Positions 1 to 7,950 of a stretch of 36,020 bases of DNA are shown piece by piece. The translations under genes were made by a program, and so were the position numbers. This DNA comes from a virus, in the IMG/VR virus record IMGVR_UViG_3300045988_117755, positions 1 through 36,020 of that record; one strand, given 5' to 3'. Positions within the stretch are counted from its first letter, which is position 1. Every line of letters begins with the position of its first letter. The notes under the pieces are model-generated. The model made no database searches and was not told where the DNA came from. It saw nothing but the letters and a program-made list of their open reading frames with translations.

Positions 1-75
1 CCGTTTCTGGGTTTCGGAAACCCCCCGTTTCTGGGTTTCGGAAACCCCCCGTTTCCAGTTGTCGGAAACCTTGGG
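1..75. repeat. Tandem 24-bp direct repeats (unit CCGTTTCTGGGTTTCGGAAACCCC; copies at 1-24 and 25-48, degenerate copy 49-72). Each unit contains the dyad GAAAC-C5-GTTTC. The repeats lie inside a CDS and encode KRGVSETQ peptide repeats; they look like iterons.
   Basis: Direct reading of the sequence; the same unit occurs at 35978-36001 and 36002-36020. Confidence 0.9.
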
Positions 76-291
76 ACGGCCCCCCTTGGAACCGGATTTG
101 CGGGCGCTCTTCGAGTTGTCCACGTCGTCCTTCACGGAGGCGAACAGGGCGTCTAGGGGATACGGTAGGTCGACCTCCTCGCCGTACATCCCGTACATGG
201 CGATGGCGTAGACGAACTCCTTGCGGTCCTCGTCCGAGAGCTTGGCGCACACGTCGCCGTATTTCTCGAACCATGTGAACGAATCGGCCAT
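1..291 (-). CDS. Putative replication initiator / replisome organiser, N-terminal part (MADSFTWFEKYGDVCAKLSDEDRKEFVYAIAMYGMYGEEV...). The ORF remains open to window position 1 and continues in frame at the window end.
   Basis: ATG at 291 is preceded by GGAGGTGA. There is no stop in frame down to nt 1, and the frame matches ORF 35582..35896 through the repeat region. The N-terminus resembles phage replisome-organiser N-terminal domains (recalled, not searched). Confidence 0.55.
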   Translation of the reverse strand, partial: MADSFTWFEKYGDVCAKLSDEDRKEFVYAIAMYGMYGEEVDLPYPLDALFASVKDDVDNSKSARKSGSKGGRPKVSDNWKRGVSETQKRGVSETQKR

Positions 292-406
292 CTACATCAC
301 CTCCAGAATGAAAGGGCCGTACGCGATCGCGAGCACCGCGATGGAGGCGGCGAGGAGCGCTATCAGCACCCAGTCGACCGCCTCCATGCGCGGGAACAAG
401 TCGGGT

Positions 407-859
407 CTACTCCGCCTCCTCATGCTTCTTCTTCCTGTGCTCGTGGCGAAGGTAGTCGTTGAACATCGCGAGCCTCAGCTCGGCGTCGTCCTTGTAGTTG
501 GAGCGCGCGCGCGCCTCCCTGAGCACGTCGTTGAATTTGGAGCCGCCGAATAGCTTCTTCAATATGCAGAGCGCGATGCCCTTCTCGGGGTCGAACGGCC
601 CATCGTCTTGCTGCATGCGGACCGTCACCGCGCCCCCGTCGGGGAAGATGCACTTGGTGGTGTAGTTGAAGAAGATGACCTTCTCGGGGACGAGTGGGTT
701 GGTGAGGTTAAAGTACGGTCCAAACTCGATGATGCACTCCATTGAGTTCTCGAGGAACTTGTACTGGCACGACCTGTAGCGCCCACACAACAGTGCTTCA
801 CCGTTCCTCAAGATGAAGACATCGTCCCCGTAGATGAACGGTTCGTTAAATCTAGACAT
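407..859 (-). CDS. Hypothetical protein, 150 aa; the gene has distinctly low GC (~50%) and looks like a moron.
   Basis: ORF with AGGAGA RBS 6 nt upstream of ATG 859. GC is far below the genome mean. No recognisable motif. Confidence 0.6.
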   Translation of the reverse strand: MSRFNEPFIYGDDVFILRNGEALLCGRYRSCQYKFLENSMECIIEFGPYFNLTNPLVPEKVIFFNYTTKCIFPDGGAVTVRMQQDDGPFDPEKGIALCILKKLFGGSKFNDVLREARARSNYKDDAELRLAMFNDYLRHEHRKKKHEEAE

Positions 860-871
860 TCGCTTCTCCTA

Positions 872-1291
872 TCAAAACGGGATATCGTCTTCGTAGATGC
901 CCTCGGTGGGCTGCTCGGGCGGTGCCTGAACACGCGCCTGCGGGGCCGCCGTTCGGGCCACATCCCCGTCGCGGGAAAGGAACTCTATCTCCTCCGCGAT
1001 GACCTCGAGCTTGCTGCGCTTCTGCCCGTCGCGCTCCCACGATGAGTATCGGAGCTTGCCGGACAGGGCCACCTTCGTACCCTTTGAGAGGTAGCGGCTC
1101 AGCGCCTCTGCTCGCGCGCCGAAAACGGTCACGTCCACGAAGTTGGGCCTGTCGACCCAGCTCCCGTCACGGTCCTTCATGCGGTCGTTGACGGCCACCC
1201 CGAAACTAAGGATCGCCGTCCCGCTGTTCGTGTGGCGCAGCTCCGGGTCACGCGTCAGGTTTCCGCTTATGACTACTACGTTGATGCTCAT
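872..1291 (-). CDS. ssb: Single-stranded DNA-binding protein (OB fold) with acidic C-terminal tail ending DDIPF.
   Basis: N-terminus VVISGNLTRDPELR... and C-terminal acidic DDIPF tail are SSB hallmarks. Confidence 0.9.
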   Translation of the reverse strand: MSINVVVISGNLTRDPELRHTNSGTAILSFGVAVNDRMKDRDGSWVDRPNFVDVTVFGARAEALSRYLSKGTKVALSGKLRYSSWERDGQKRSKLEVIAEEIEFLSRDGDVARTAAPQARVQAPPEQPTEGIYEDDIPF

Positions 1292-1458
1292 TCATACCCC
1301 TTCCCCGGCTCGAAGCCGAGCTGGTTGCATATATGCTTGTAGAGGCCGTTTATCGGACGGTCGCCCATGTGCTTGCACGGCAGGCACGTCGTGACCTCGC
1401 CGTTTGTGTAGATGTAGCGGCTCCCCTTGGATGGGCGCTTGGTGAAGCCTCGCCGCAT
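1288..1458 (-). CDS. Small (56 aa) CxxC-containing protein (MRRGFTKRPSKGSRYIYTNGEVTTCLPCKHMGDRPINGLYKHICNQLGFEPGKGYE).
   Basis: Protein-like C-terminus of track ORF 1288..1818. The upstream part of that ORF is antisense junk, so the start is taken as ATG 1458. Confidence 0.45.
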   Translation of the reverse strand: MRRGFTKRPSKGSRYIYTNGEVTTCLPCKHMGDRPINGLYKHICNQLGFEPGKGYE

Positions 1459-1493
1459 GAGGTCGCGGTCGATCTCGCGGTATGTCGGGATGA

Positions 1494-3980
1494 TCACGAG
1501 ACCTCCCCCAAGTCGAAGAGCGTCGGCATGGATATGCGCTGCTCCTCGGCCTTGAGGTAGGCCACCCCGTCCGCCCAGTAGCCGGAGTTGAGCTCGGTCC
1601 CCATGCCCTTGCGTCCAGCCCTTATCGCCCTCACGGGAACCGTCATGAGCCCTCCGAATGGGTCGTACACGAGCTCCCCGGGGTTGCTGTAGCGCTCTAT
1701 CAGGCGGTCCACTATGTCGAACTGAAGCGGGCACACGTGCTTCACGCGGCCCTTCTGCGCCTGGGAGGTGTTGAGCGTGAGCATGCGGTTCACGTCGGTC
1801 CAGACGTCCGGTGCCCACGATGCCGGTGCTATGGCCATGAACGTGGCGGGGAGGTGGCCTCTACCGTCAAGCTCCTCGCCGATGCGGACATTCGACTCGT
1901 AATCGTAGACGCTTCGCAGGCTATCCTCGGCGAAGAGCTTCCCGATCTCGTCAACAGGAACGCCCGCCCACTCCTCTGCGGTCATGTGGCGGTTGCCCGA
2001 AGAGCGCCAGAACGCGTGGGCGTCTATCTGCCAGCGCGCGCGGCTGTACTCGTCCTTAGATTTGGCGACCGGGGTGTCAGCGTATCCCCTCGTCCGGTCG
2101 GTCTGCGGCTTGTGGAATATCAGGACGTACTCCGGAGAGCCGACGCCCATCTTCGTGCCGTCCTTGCACTGCTCGGTCCATCCCAAGCGGTACGTCTGAT
2201 TGTTCTCCCGGACGACGTCGGTTACGACGGTGATCATGCCGAGGTAGTCGAATCCGTGCCTGATGCAGTGCATGATGGTCTCGACGTGGAACGGCTGAAC
2301 CGTGGGAACTCCGGCACCGGTGACGTTGCCGAAGTTGATGCGATCCTTCACATGGCAGCAGTAGATCCGACCGGGCTTGAGCACGCGCAGCAGCTCGGGC
2401 GTCAGGAAGTCCATCTGCTCGAAGAAATGCTCGTCGTCCTCGGTGTGCCCGAAATCGTTATAGCTCGGCGTGTACTCGTAGTGATTGCTGAAGGGTATCG
2501 ACGTGACGATGAGGTCGACGGAATCGCTCTCCATGCGGGCCGTCTCGTCCACGGTGTCGTTGTTGACGGCCAGCCACCCCTCTCCGGACGCCTCCATGCG
2601 CTCGACGCCTATCGAGCGCTCCATGGCTCCGGCTATCTTCGCGTCGGCGAGGCCGTACTCTTTGATGATCTCTTCCATCTTCCTAGCAAGCTCCTCGTAT
2701 TCCTCCCACTTGCGCTTGAGGGTGCGCACGACGTTCTCCTCGCCTTCTGCGTAGATGATGTCGATGCGCACAGGGTGCCTCTGCTGGAAGCGCTGCACGC
2801 GGTGGATTGCCTGTATGAAGTCGTTGAACTTGAAGCCGACGCCCATGAATATCTCGTGATGGCAATGGCGCTGGAAGTTGCATCCTGAGCCGGATAGGAT
2901 GGGCTTGGTCGCCAGGATGCGGAACTCTCCGTCTGAGAACCCGACGACGCGGCGCTCGCGCTCGTCGAGGTCCTGCGAGCCGTACACCTCTACGGCCTCC
3001 GGTATGGCCCTCTTGATAGCGTGGCGCTCGTCCTCGAGGTCGTGCCAGATGATGAAGTGCTCGTCCTTCGGCCATGCGCCGACCAGTTCCTTGGCTTTTG
3101 CGACGCGCGCATCCATGCTCTCGCGCTTCACCGCCGCAGCGTCTGAAAGGCTCGTTGCGGCGTCGCGGAACAGCCGGACCTGCCCGTCGCGGTCCACCGG
3201 GGCCTCCGAGCGCCCCGTATGGACCTTGTGCCACACGACATCCAGCGGAGGGAGGTCGTAACCATCGTCGCTGTACCCGAGGTCGCTCGGCTTCTGGACG
3301 AACACGGCCCACGTTGCGAGCCATAGCCAGAACTCCCGCTCCTTGTGCGGGTAGAGCGTAAGATTGTTGGCCTTGGTGGAATCGCGCTGGAAGAACCGGG
3401 TGAGGGCCTGCCCCGTGTCCATGATGCCTAGGTAACCGGCGTAGTGGATCAACTCCTTGTAGCGGTTCGGGGCGGGGGTCGCGGTGGCCACGAAGCGGTA
3501 CGGAACCTGCTCGAACAGAGACAGGAACGTCTGATAGGTCTTGGAGCCGTAGCTCCTGAGTACGCTCGCTTCGTCGAGGGTCGTGCACGTGAAGTGCGAC
3601 GGGGAGAGTTTGCCGTCACGGACGCTCTCGTAGTTGGTGAGGTATAGGCCGTCACCGGCGACCTCATCGTCGGTTCGGATGAACACGGGGTCGAGGCCTA
3701 GCAGCGCGGCGTCTCTCTTGAACTCCTGGCGCACGCCGAGAGGGCACACGATGAGGGCCCGCCCTCCCTCGCGCTCCATGACGAGGCGGCATATCTCCAG
3801 CTGCATAAGCGACTTGCCGAGGCCGAACGCTGCGAATATCGCCCGCCGGCCGCCGCTCACCGCCCATCTGACGATGTCCCTCTGGAACGGGAACAGGACG
3901 CTTGAGACCGAGTCGCCTGGGTCGAATCCGGAAGAAGGAGCCAGCGCCCTCTTAGACTCCAGGAAATCGACGTAGCTCAT
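1494..3980 (-). CDS. Fusion of an SNF2/DEAD-like SF2 helicase (N-terminal) with a beta-class N6-adenine/N4-cytosine DNA methyltransferase (C-terminal), 828 aa.
   Basis: Helicase motif I AAFGLGKS, motif II DEAS, motif VI-like QAIHRVQRFQQ. Methyltransferase motif IV DLIVTSIPF (an SPPY variant) precedes motif I VYDPFGGLMT. True start is ATG 3980 (MSYVDF...) overlapping the upstream stop; the first 45 aa of the track ORF are rejected. Confidence 0.8.
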   Translation of the reverse strand: MSYVDFLESKRALAPSSGFDPGDSVSSVLFPFQRDIVRWAVSGGRRAIFAAFGLGKSLMQLEICRLVMEREGGRALIVCPLGVRQEFKRDAALLGLDPVFIRTDDEVAGDGLYLTNYESVRDGKLSPSHFTCTTLDEASVLRSYGSKTYQTFLSLFEQVPYRFVATATPAPNRYKELIHYAGYLGIMDTGQALTRFFQRDSTKANNLTLYPHKEREFWLWLATWAVFVQKPSDLGYSDDGYDLPPLDVVWHKVHTGRSEAPVDRDGQVRLFRDAATSLSDAAAVKRESMDARVAKAKELVGAWPKDEHFIIWHDLEDERHAIKRAIPEAVEVYGSQDLDERERRVVGFSDGEFRILATKPILSGSGCNFQRHCHHEIFMGVGFKFNDFIQAIHRVQRFQQRHPVRIDIIYAEGEENVVRTLKRKWEEYEELARKMEEIIKEYGLADAKIAGAMERSIGVERMEASGEGWLAVNNDTVDETARMESDSVDLIVTSIPFSNHYEYTPSYNDFGHTEDDEHFFEQMDFLTPELLRVLKPGRIYCCHVKDRINFGNVTGAGVPTVQPFHVETIMHCIRHGFDYLGMITVVTDVVRENNQTYRLGWTEQCKDGTKMGVGSPEYVLIFHKPQTDRTRGYADTPVAKSKDEYSRARWQIDAHAFWRSSGNRHMTAEEWAGVPVDEIGKLFAEDSLRSVYDYESNVRIGEELDGRGHLPATFMAIAPASWAPDVWTDVNRMLTLNTSQAQKGRVKHVCPLQFDIVDRLIERYSNPGELVYDPFGGLMTVPVRAIRAGRKGMGTELNSGYWADGVAYLKAEEQRISMPTLFDLGEVS

Positions 3981-4444
3981 TGCCCGATCAGGCCGCGCAC
4001 GGCCTCTCCCAAGACCCCGGATCCCATGATTCGGGCGATGTTCGCCTTGGCCTCCTTGTCGAAGCGGCAGGAGATGCCCTTGAAGGCCCCGCCCTTCTTG
4101 TGCTCCACGCGGCACCCGTCCGGGACCTCCCCGGTCTGCTCGAAATTCTCCTTGATGCGGCCCATGTCGACGGACACGGCGGTGTAGCCGTTATCAAGCG
4201 CCCACTGGTAGAAAGCGGCGCGGTCGGTCACGGCGATTTCGTCGGAGGGCTTGGTGGACGTGATCGAGATCGTGCCGACCTTCGCGCCGTCCACCTCTGC
4301 GGTCACCTGCTTGGTGCCCACGTCCTCGTACAGCTGGCGGCACGCGTCGTTTATGTCCGCGCCGAGCAGCTTGTTCTCGTCGCTCAGCACCTTGAGGACG
4401 TGCTTCTGTAGCGCGTAGCGCGCCACGTCATCCTTGAATGCCAT
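3977..4444 (-). CDS. Hypothetical protein of the recombination module, 155 aa (possibly Gp157-like).
   Basis: Position immediately downstream of RecT; family assignment is from weak recall only. Confidence 0.4.
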   Translation of the reverse strand: MAFKDDVARYALQKHVLKVLSDENKLLGADINDACRQLYEDVGTKQVTAEVDGAKVGTISITSTKPSDEIAVTDRAAFYQWALDNGYTAVSVDMGRIKENFEQTGEVPDGCRVEHKKGGAFKGISCRFDKEAKANIARIMGSGVLGEAVRGLIGQ

Positions 4445-5228
4445 CGGGGATAGCCTCCATCTCTATGATTCCGTCCATGTACTCGACGGCTTTATCTATG
4501 TCTTCGTCTGTCAGCTGGTCCATGCTCTTGCACCCCGCGTATTCGAGGATGCGCGCCGTGGCCTCCGCCATGTCGTAGCCGAACTTCTCAGCGAACGGCT
4601 TCATGCGCTCGCGTATGGGGTTCAGGCGCGGGTCGCGCTGCGGCTTGGGTGCCTCGTAGACGGCCTCCTCGGCGGGCTCCCGCGCTTCGACATGCTCGAC
4701 AGGAACCTCGATGGGGTCCATGTCGTGCATCTCGTCCGGCGTGTAGGCCACGCCGTAGAGGGCTTCCGGGCACGCCTCCCTAGCCACCGCCGTGATGGCG
4801 CGCCACGTGAGCATGGTCATGGGCTGCTTCTGGTAATTGTCCTTGTCGATGAGCCCCATCTGCTGAGCCCACTTGCGGTCGCGGGTCACGCTGAACGGGG
4901 CCTCCGGATCATCAGCCCGGATGATGGTGGCCGTTACGCTCTGGCGCTGCTCGTCCTTGCTGATGCGCAGCTTGTGCCCAGCCTTGCGCACCTGCGCGGC
5001 TATCAGCTCCGCAGAGGCGGTGGGCTTGCCCTGTATAACGTTGATGCGGTAGATGCTCTCCATAGGCGAGAGGCCCATGGACTGGCCCAGCCCCATCGCC
5101 ACGATGATGTCGGAGGGTCGATTCTGATACTGCTTGGGAAGGAGCCCCGCCTTGCTCACGGCGTTGGCGTACTGCACCTGCTCCGAGAGGCTTATGGGCT
5201 GGGGCTCGTACTTCTGGATCTCACTCAT
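4428..5228 (-). CDS. recT: RecT-family single-strand annealing recombinase.
   Basis: ...LLPKQYQNRPSDIIVAMGLGQSMGLSPMESIYRINVIQGKP... is typical of RecT/Bet. Start ATG 5228 (MSEIQKYEP); the upstream 29 aa of the track ORF are rejected. Confidence 0.8.
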   Translation of the reverse strand: MSEIQKYEPQPISLSEQVQYANAVSKAGLLPKQYQNRPSDIIVAMGLGQSMGLSPMESIYRINVIQGKPTASAELIAAQVRKAGHKLRISKDEQRQSVTATIIRADDPEAPFSVTRDRKWAQQMGLIDKDNYQKQPMTMLTWRAITAVAREACPEALYGVAYTPDEMHDMDPIEVPVEHVEAREPAEEAVYEAPKPQRDPRLNPIRERMKPFAEKFGYDMAEATARILEYAGCKSMDQLTDEDIDKAVEYMDGIIEMEAIPDGIQG

Positions 5229-5481
5229 CGCACACCTCGCTGGCGTACGCCTCGGCGCGCTCTCGGTCCCCGGCACCGCTCTCCAGCGCGGCGTAGCGCT
5301 TGAGGACGTCCTCATTTAAGAGACTCTTACTCACATCGTCCAGGAGGTCGGCCGCCTCATCGTCCTTCCCGTTGTAAACGAGCAGCTCGAGAATGACGAA
5401 CTTCAACTCGATTTGCGCTATGAGCGAGCATGCGTCCTTGGCGATCTTCACGTAGCTATCGTTCTCCATCTTCTTCTCCAA
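5221..5481 (-). CDS. Hypothetical small acidic protein, 86 aa.
   Basis: ORF with coding-like composition inside the operon. Confidence 0.45.
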   Translation of the reverse strand: MEKKMENDSYVKIAKDACSLIAQIELKFVILELLVYNGKDDEAADLLDDVSKSLLNEDVLKRYAALESGAGDRERAEAYASEVCDE

Positions 5482-5848
5482 ACATCAGCTCATGGCCCCC
5501 GCAGCACATGGCGGCGAAGGTCTCAGCGGTCATGGTCACGTACTGCTCGGCGGGGTCCCGGGTGCCCTTGCGCTTCCAGATGACGACGGCGTACTCGGAG
5601 TCCGCGTTCCCGCACTCGGCCTCGGCCTCTTCGAGCCATTCAGGTAGCCTGTGCCTGCCGCCGTATTCCTTGCATTCGATGGTCACGCGCTTGCCGTGCA
5701 GGAATACGCCGCGTATATCTCCGACGTCCCTGGAGCCCATCTTCACCTGACGGTCTATCTCTGAGTCGCCGAGGGCGCTCGACAGGTAGTCGGCCATGAT
5801 GCGCTCGAAACTCGTCCCGGCGTTGCGGGCGCTCCTATTCGTCCTCAT
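5456..5848 (-). CDS. PD-(D/E)xK nuclease, putative Holliday-junction resolvase (Hjc/RecU-like).
   Basis: GTSFE...D...DIRGV...VTIECK arrangement (E, D, ExK) in a protein of about 130 aa, next to RecT. Confidence 0.55.
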   Translation of the reverse strand: MRTNRSARNAGTSFERIMADYLSSALGDSEIDRQVKMGSRDVGDIRGVFLHGKRVTIECKEYGGRHRLPEWLEEAEAECGNADSEYAVVIWKRKGTRDPAEQYVTMTAETFAAMCCGGHELMFGEEDGER

Positions 5849-6020
5849 GCATCCCCCTCACTGCCCTCTCGGCCTCCTCGCGGCTCGCGCCCCTCGGGAC
5901 CGCCACCGGCATCCTCTTCCGCACGTCGTGGGTGGTCTCGTACAGCCCGCAGGGGACAGGTACGGCCACCCACCACCTGCCCGTGTGGTCGCGTATCAGC
6001 TCCGGCTCTATGTGCTTCAT
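5835..6020 (-). CDS. Hypothetical protein, 61 aa.
   Basis: ORF only. Confidence 0.3.
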   Translation of the reverse strand: MKHIEPELIRDHTGRWWVAVPVPCGLYETTHDVRKRMPVAVPRGASREEAERAVRGMHEDE

Positions 6021-6024
6021 GGCG

Positions 6025-6219
6025 TCACCCCCACAGCCCCCACGAGATCGCTATCGCGACGCGCCAGAGCGCCGCGAGGCCCGCGAGCATGAGCGCGTAC
6101 CGCGCCGCCTTGCCTCGTACTCCGCCATTGCCGCCGCGTCCCCCATCGCGTCCCTGCACGCCATGAGCAGCGCGATGGCGGCGCCGTCCGGGACGCACTG
6201 CTTCGTCTGGTACAATCAA
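6025..6219 (-). CDS. Small protein with a C-terminal transmembrane helix (…ARYALMLAGLAALWRVAIAISWGLWG).
   Basis: TTG start 6219 preceded by AAAGGAGG at ideal spacing; hydrophobic C-terminus. The N-terminal half is Gly/Arg-rich. Confidence 0.35.
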   Translation of the reverse strand: MIVPDEAVRPGRRRHRAAHGVQGRDGGRGGNGGVRGKAARYALMLAGLAALWRVAIAISWGLWG

Positions 6220-6279
6220 ATCGGACCTCCTTTGGTCGGGCCGCTGCTCCGTTTCCAGGCTTCGCAGCGGCTTTTTCGT

Positions 6280-6939
6280 TTAAAACAGCGTCCTCTGGAC
6301 GTGGCTGCGCTCGCATATGTCGACAACGTGCTCGCACAGCTCGCGCGGGATCACTCCGCGCATGCGCTTTCCGTCCACCGCTTGCAGGCCCGACTTAGAC
6401 CCGCGCGGCGCGGGCTCATGGCACGGATCGCCGTTCCTGCACGGCGGCTTGAACTGCGGGTCGGGATGGTTCGTCCAGATGTCGGTCGGCTTCATGTACG
6501 GGAAGCCGTACTGGCAGTAGGTCACCGTGTAGCGCGGCAGCCCCCCCATCCACGGCATGCGGCGCATGGCCGCGCGCGGGTTCTCGACGAACCAGAACTC
6601 CGGGTCGAGCCGGAGGATCAGGCGCATGAGGTGCTGGTTCACCGCGTCGCAGACCTTCGCGTACTCGGTGACCGGCATCAGCCACCCGGTCTCGGGATCA
6701 GCCCTCCTGTGCCTGCCGAGCGCGGCGACGCTGTAGGTCGTGCAGTCCGGCGACGCCCAGATAACGTCGGGGACTCCCCCGCACAGGTCCAGCGCGTCGC
6801 GGACCCCGAAGCACCCTATGTCGGCGTGGCTCGACGCCTCGAACTTCTCGTCGTAGTCCACGCTGTATACCTCGTGGCCGCGCCGCTCGAACGCTTTCCC
6901 GATCGAGCGCGTTCCGCTGAACAGCTCCAGAACCTTCAC
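6280..6939 (-). CDS. Compact DNA (cytosine-5)-methyltransferase, 219 aa.
   Basis: Motif I LELFSGTRS, motif IV SPDCTTYS (PC), motif VI FVENP, motif VIII-like QYGFPYMKPTDIW. GTG start 6939 is preceded by AGGTGG. The upstream 220 aa of the track ORF are Arg-rich junk. Confidence 0.7.
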   Translation of the reverse strand: MKVLELFSGTRSIGKAFERRGHEVYSVDYDEKFEASSHADIGCFGVRDALDLCGGVPDVIWASPDCTTYSVAALGRHRRADPETGWLMPVTEYAKVCDAVNQHLMRLILRLDPEFWFVENPRAAMRRMPWMGGLPRYTVTYCQYGFPYMKPTDIWTNHPDPQFKPPCRNGDPCHEPAPRGSKSGLQAVDGKRMRGVIPRELCEHVVDICERSHVQRTLF

Positions 6940-6941
6940 GG

Positions 6942-7298
6942 CTACCACCTGGGCTCGTACTTGTCGCAGGCGGGGTCGCTCGCGCTCACCTGCTCCAGCT
7001 CGTCGCACCCGCCGTCGCACACGAGGATGCGCGACCAGTCGGCCATGGCGACCTCGCGGGATAGGTTGCACCCAGAGCACGCGCGCCCGCCGTCGGCGTC
7101 CACGATGTCGACGGCGTAGAAGTTGTCCTCGTCGTACTCCACCTTGTAGCCGAGCACCGTCAGTGCGGCCTCGACCTCGTCGACGCGGCGCTCGTAGTGC
7201 GCGGAGAGCGAGCCGGATGTGCGCCCGGCGCTGTCGATCAAACCGTTGATGTTCTTGATGACCTCGTCTTTGCTGAACATGCGGCCACCTCCCGTCAT
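6942..7298 (-). CDS. Hypothetical Cys-rich protein, 118 aa (C-terminal CSGC...CDGGCDE...C).
   Basis: ORF with coding-like composition; Cys cluster. Confidence 0.5.
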   Translation of the reverse strand: MTGGGRMFSKDEVIKNINGLIDSAGRTSGSLSAHYERRVDEVEAALTVLGYKVEYDEDNFYAVDIVDADGGRACSGCNLSREVAMADWSRILVCDGGCDELEQVSASDPACDKYEPRW

Positions 7299-7836
7299 GT
7301 CGTGTCTTGAAGTTATCGGGCAACCCGCCCCGGACCGGTGCGGTGAGAGAGGTGAGGGTCAGTCTGGAGCCACGAGGACGCATGCAGGGGTTGCACATAT
7401 GAGAGGAAGGAATGCACGTGCCCGCACCGGCCCGGGCCGGGTTGCCGCTTGAGAGACGAGCCGCAAGGCCGCATGGGCGAGGTGCCACAATGACCGCCAG
7501 CTTCGCGGTGTGCGCGCACGCACCATCACGGCCTGCACGTCTGCTTCCGCTTGTTGTTCCCATACGACCTTGCGGCCCGTCTCGAATCGGGAGGCCTCGC
7601 ACCTCCCCGTGGCGCTTACTCTCGGCGAGCGCCCTGCGCCTCCGCCCGGCCGTTGCCCACCCCGCAGGTCTGAGAATTTGCCTGCGACATGGGGCGGCGG
7701 GACGGATATCCGGTTCTAAAGGTACTCGGCGGGTCTCCCCGCCCGGGGCGCTCGCTGCCGAGTCCTCCGGCGCGAACAGCAGCTCGCGGTAACGACGAGC
7801 GCCCCGGGCGAGGGGCTGGCGAACCAGCCGCCGCGC
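7299..7836 (-). other. 540-nt GC-rich non-coding region inside the early operon, full of stable hairpins (for example GGCUGG-UUCG-CCAGCC and GGCGGG-tctc-CCCGCC). Possible structured RNA, leader or cis element.
   Basis: Only Arg/Pro-rich junk ORFs occur in all six frames; several hairpins are visible by eye. Confidence 0.5.
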
Positions 7837-7950
7837 CTAGCCGAGGAAACCGCCGACGAGCCCCGCCACGGCGATGACCAGCACCACGGCCGCGAACACG
7901 CCGAGCGTGCAGGCGAACCCGGCGGAGAATGCGAGCAGGAAGTCTTGCAT
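7837..7950 (-). CDS. 37-aa hydrophobic single-transmembrane peptide (MQDFLLAFSAGFACTLGVFAAVVLVIAVAGLVGGFLG), translationally coupled to the HTH gene.
   Basis: ATG 7950 overlaps the HTH gene's TGA stop (ATGA). Translated manually; ends at TAG 7837-7839. Confidence 0.5.
   Translation of the reverse strand: MQDFLLAFSAGFACTLGVFAAVVLVIAVAGLVGGFLG

Noticed and set aside
292-387. 31-aa hydrophobic micro-ORF (MEAVDWVLIALLAASIAVLAIAYGPFILEVM) between the replication gene and ORF 407..859
   Set aside because: No recognisable RBS and a 20-nt gap after the upstream stop. It may be real (transmembrane-like), but the support is weak.
221-553. Plus-strand ORF (110 aa) and all other plus-strand ORFs in the track (for example 1737..2888, 5932..7119, 10647..11387, 23533..25794, 32937..34316)
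   Set aside because: They are antisense to well-supported minus-strand genes and have Arg/Pro/Ala/Gly-rich low-complexity composition typical of GC-rich non-coding frames, with no motifs.
3981-4115. N-terminal extensions of several track ORFs (1494..4115 first 45 aa; 4428..5315 first 29 aa; 6280..7602 first 220 aa; 9490..9870; 19015..19524; 22903..23463; 27653..28003; 32440..33228; 33317..34447; 34582..35151)
   Set aside because: The extensions overlap the upstream gene in another frame and are Arg/Gly/Pro-rich. Internal ATG or GTG codons with SD sequences and stop-start overlaps give consistent gene boundaries, which are the ones used in the feature list.
6240-6280. Perfect 8-bp stem GCCGCTGC…GCAGCGGC followed by TTTTTCGTT on the plus strand
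   Set aside because: It is oriented as a plus-strand terminator although no plus-strand genes exist, and the loop is 16 nt. It is probably a structure within the minus-strand intergenic leader (followed by AAAGGAGG for ORF 6025..6219), or at most an antisense-transcription stop.
6017-6337. Minus-strand ORF of 106 aa in the track
   Set aside because: Low-complexity Arg/Ala composition; it overlaps the better-supported RBS-led ORF 6025..6219 in another frame.
7575-7600. tRNA-like T-arm (GTCTCGAATCGGG, read on the minus strand as TTCGAGA)
   Set aside because: Only a 4-bp stem with a non-canonical loop length, and no acceptor or anticodon arms could be built around it.
7412-7792. Plus-strand 126-aa ORF with an SD-like GAGAGGAAGGA upstream of its ATG, in the 540-nt non-coding island
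   Set aside because: The translation is almost devoid of Asp, Glu and Lys and is Pro/Arg/Ala-dominated, so it is probably not a real protein. The SD-like site may instead be read on a structured RNA.
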